DNA of 25,916 nt. Source: Chiloscyllium plagiosum (Eukaryota). Location of the stretch: NCBI RefSeq assembly GCF_004010195.1, contig NC_057720.1:2957160-2983075 (forward strand), read 5' to 3'. The notes beneath the pieces are model-generated. The model did not search any database. It saw nothing but the letters and a program-made list of their open reading frames with translations, and was not told the DNA's origin. Position 1 is the first letter of the stretch. Every line of letters begins with the position of its first letter. Of the stretch, positions 23,462 through 25,916 are shown one piece after another. The position numbers and the translations under genes were made by a program.

Positions 23462-23622
23462 CCAACTCGAAAGAGAAACAGCCCCAGCTTCTCCAATTTC
23501 TTTGTAACACTGATATTCACATTGTTTGTTTTACATTTCATTAAAAGCCTTTTGTGGTTCACTGTTTCAATTTCATGAATTTTGCATTGATCTTGTTTTT
23601 AACCAATGATTTTTCTTTGCAG

Positions 23623-23841
23623 CTGGATTTTGGAATTGGAAAAGTACAGATGAATTTTTTACATTTGCTCAGTTCTGAAGCCACACAGACCATTACAATT
23701 CACTGTCTCAACTTCCCAGTTTGGAAGAACACGACCAACAAGGATCCCTACGCTAATTCCATACACTTCAGAGGATGGAATGGCCAAATATTTAAACCAA
23801 ATACAGTATTTCAACCCAAAGTTATAAGAGATGGGTGCAAG
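23623..23841 (+). CDS. col24a1: COLFI exon (LDFGIGKVQMNFLHLLSSEATQTITIHCLN...GWNGQIFKPNTVFQPKVIRDGCK), 219 bp; terminal exon outside window
   Basis: ttttctttgcag|CTG...AAG|gtaact; VQMNFLHLLSSEA and GWNGQIF are clade C collagen signatures. Confidence 0.96.
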
Positions 23842-23920
23842 GTAACTTCCTGTGAATTTTGTAATTAACAATTCAGGTTGGTTTCTGAAATTAAAACGGA
23901 AATTTTTGGAAAACAAAACC

Positions 23921-24052
23921 AAAGAAGGGTCATGTTGGACTCAAAATGTTAAATTCTGCTTTTTCTCCTTAGGTGCTGCCAGACCTGCTGAGTTTCTCCA
24001 GCAACTTTCTCTTTTTATTTCAGATTTCCGGCATTTGAGCACTTTGCTTTTA
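23921..24052 (+). mobile_element. Degenerate short PLE-derived element
   Basis: agaagggtc...gactcaaaatgttaa; tgctgccagacctgctgagtttctccagca. Confidence 0.7.
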
Positions 24053-24085
24053 CTTCAAGTTAATTGCTTTTGGCGGATTCAGTTT

Positions 24086-24177
24086 GGGCAACACGGCGGC
24101 TCAGTGATTAGCTCTGCTGCCTCACAGAGCCAGGGACCCAAGTTCAATTTTAGCCTCAGGGGAACTGTCTGTGTGGA
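24086..24177 (+). mobile_element. HE1-like SINE 5' head, interrupted
   Basis: gggcaacacggcggctcagtgattagc...ctcacagagccagggaccc; A/B-box like. Confidence 0.8.
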
Positions 24178-24302
24178 TTAGATTAGATTCCCTACAGGAA
24201 ACAGGCCCTTAAGCCAATACGTCCACACCGACCCTCCGAAGAGTAAACCACCCCACTACATGATGCACCTAACACCATGGGCAGTTTGGCATGGCCAATT
24301 CA
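24178..24302 (-). mobile_element. HE1-like SINE 3' tail, interrupted by CR1
   Basis: ttagattagattccctac...ggcatggccaattca. Confidence 0.8.
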
Positions 24303-25916
24303 TAGAACATAGAACATTACAGCGCAGTACTGTCCCTTCGGCCCTCGATGTTGCACCAACCTGTCATACCAATCTGAAGCCCAACTAACCTACACTATTC
24401 CATGTACGTCCATATGCTTGTCCAATGACGACTTAAATGTACTTAAAGTTGGCAAATCTACTACCGTTGCAGGCAAAGCATTCCATACCCTTACTACTCT
24501 CTGAGTNNNNNNNNNNNNNNNNNNNNNNNNNNNNNNNNNNNNNNNNNNNNNNNNNNNNNNNNNNNNNNNNNNNNNNNNNNNNNNNNNNNNNNNNNNNNNN
24601 NNNNNNNNNNNNNNNNNNNNNNNNNNNNNNNNNNNNNNNNNNNNNNNNNNNNNNNNNNNNNNNNNNNNNNNNNNNNNNNNNNNNNNNNNNNNNNNNNNNN
24701 NNNNNNNNNNNNNNNNNNNNCTGGGTGGCAACTTTCAAGGATCTGTGTACCTGGACACCGAGATCTTTCTGCTCACCTACACTACCAAGAATCTTACCAT
24801 TAGCCCAGTACTTTGCATTCCAGTTACTCCGACCAAAGTGTATCACCTCACACTTGTCCACATTAAACTCCATTTGTCACCTCTCAGCCCAGCTCTGCAT
24901 CCTATCTATGTCTCTCTGCAACCTACTACATCCTTCGTCATTATCTACAACTCCACCGACCTTAGTGTCATCCACAAATGTACTAACCCACCCTTCTAAG
25001 CCCTCATCCAGGTCGTTTATAAAAATGACGAACAGCAGTGGACCCAACACCGACCCTTGCAGTACACCACTGGTAACTGGACTCGAGGATGAACATTTCC
25101 CATCAACCACCACCCTCTGTCCTCTTTCAGCAAGCCAACTACTGATCCAAACTGCTATGTCTCCCACAATCCCATTCCACCGCAATTTGTTCAATAGCCT
25201 ACTGTGGGGAACCTTATCGAACACCTTGTTGAAATCCATATACATCACATCAACTGGTTTACTCTCATCTACCTGTTTGATCACCTTCTCAAAGAACTCA
25301 GTAAGGTTTGTGAGGCACGACCTACCCTTCACAAAACCCTGCTGACTACCCCTAATCAAATTATTCTTTTCTGGATGATTATAAATCCTGTCTCTCATAA
25401 CCTCTTCCAATACTTTACCAACAACTGAAGTAAGGCTCACTGGTCTATAATTACCAGGGTTGTCTCTACTTCCCTTCTTGAACAGGGGAACCAAATTTGC
25501 TATCCTCCAGTTTTCTGGCACGATTCCTGTAGACAATGATGATTTAAAGACCAATGCCAAAGGCTTGGCAATCTCCCAGAGGATCCTAGGATAAATCCCA
25601 TCCAGCACAGGGGACTTATCGATTTTCACACTCACTGCAGGATTTCTAATACCTCTTCCTTGTGAACCTCAATCCCACCCCCAGTCTAGTAGCCTGTATC
25701 TCAGTATTCTCCTCGACAACATTGTCGTTTTCTAGAGTGAATACTGTCGAAAAATATTTATTTAGTGCTTCCACTATCTCCTCTGACTCCACACACAACT
25801 TCCCACTATTATCCTTGATTGGCCCTAATTTAACTCTCGTCATTCTTTTATTCCTGACATACCTATGGAAAGACTTAGGGTTAACCCTGATCCTATCCGC
25901 CAACAACTTCTCATGT
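24301..25916 (-). mobile_element. CR1 LINE ORF2 (reverse transcriptase), disrupted, running off the window edge
   Basis: [60 protein letters not shown]; frameshifts; (TTCTATG)n-type tail. Confidence 0.96.
24507..24720. other. Assembly gap (214 N)
   Basis: Run of N inside the CR1 copy. Confidence 1.

Noticed and set aside
24877..25635. Functional reverse transcriptase gene
   Set aside because: CR1 ORF2 is split across frames with an apparent deletion near ILWEIAKPL; an inactive copy

Overview
Eukaryotic genomic DNA from a cartilaginous fish, most likely a shark, judged from HE1-type tRNA-derived SINEs and shark-type CR1 LINEs. The window holds seven + strand exons from the 3' end of a clade C fibrillar collagen gene, best matching COL24A1: the end of the Gly-X-Y helix, the C-telopeptide and most of the COLFI C-propeptide. 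The last exon lies beyond the window. The introns are packed with SINEs, CR1 fragments and a Penelope-like element (PLE) remnant. About nine short PLE-derived elements carry whole, partial or decayed minimal hammerhead-ribozyme motifs; several are inverted (fold-back) and have 14-15 bp target-site duplications (TSDs). One intron (12664-23622) is about 90% filled by a ~9.85 kb tandem array of 27/29-bp units with hairpin-like monomers, higher-order repeats and an internal multi-kb duplication. The long minus-strand ORFs over this array are repeat artefacts. Comparisons to human COL24A1/COL27A1 and repeat family names are from memory, not database searches.
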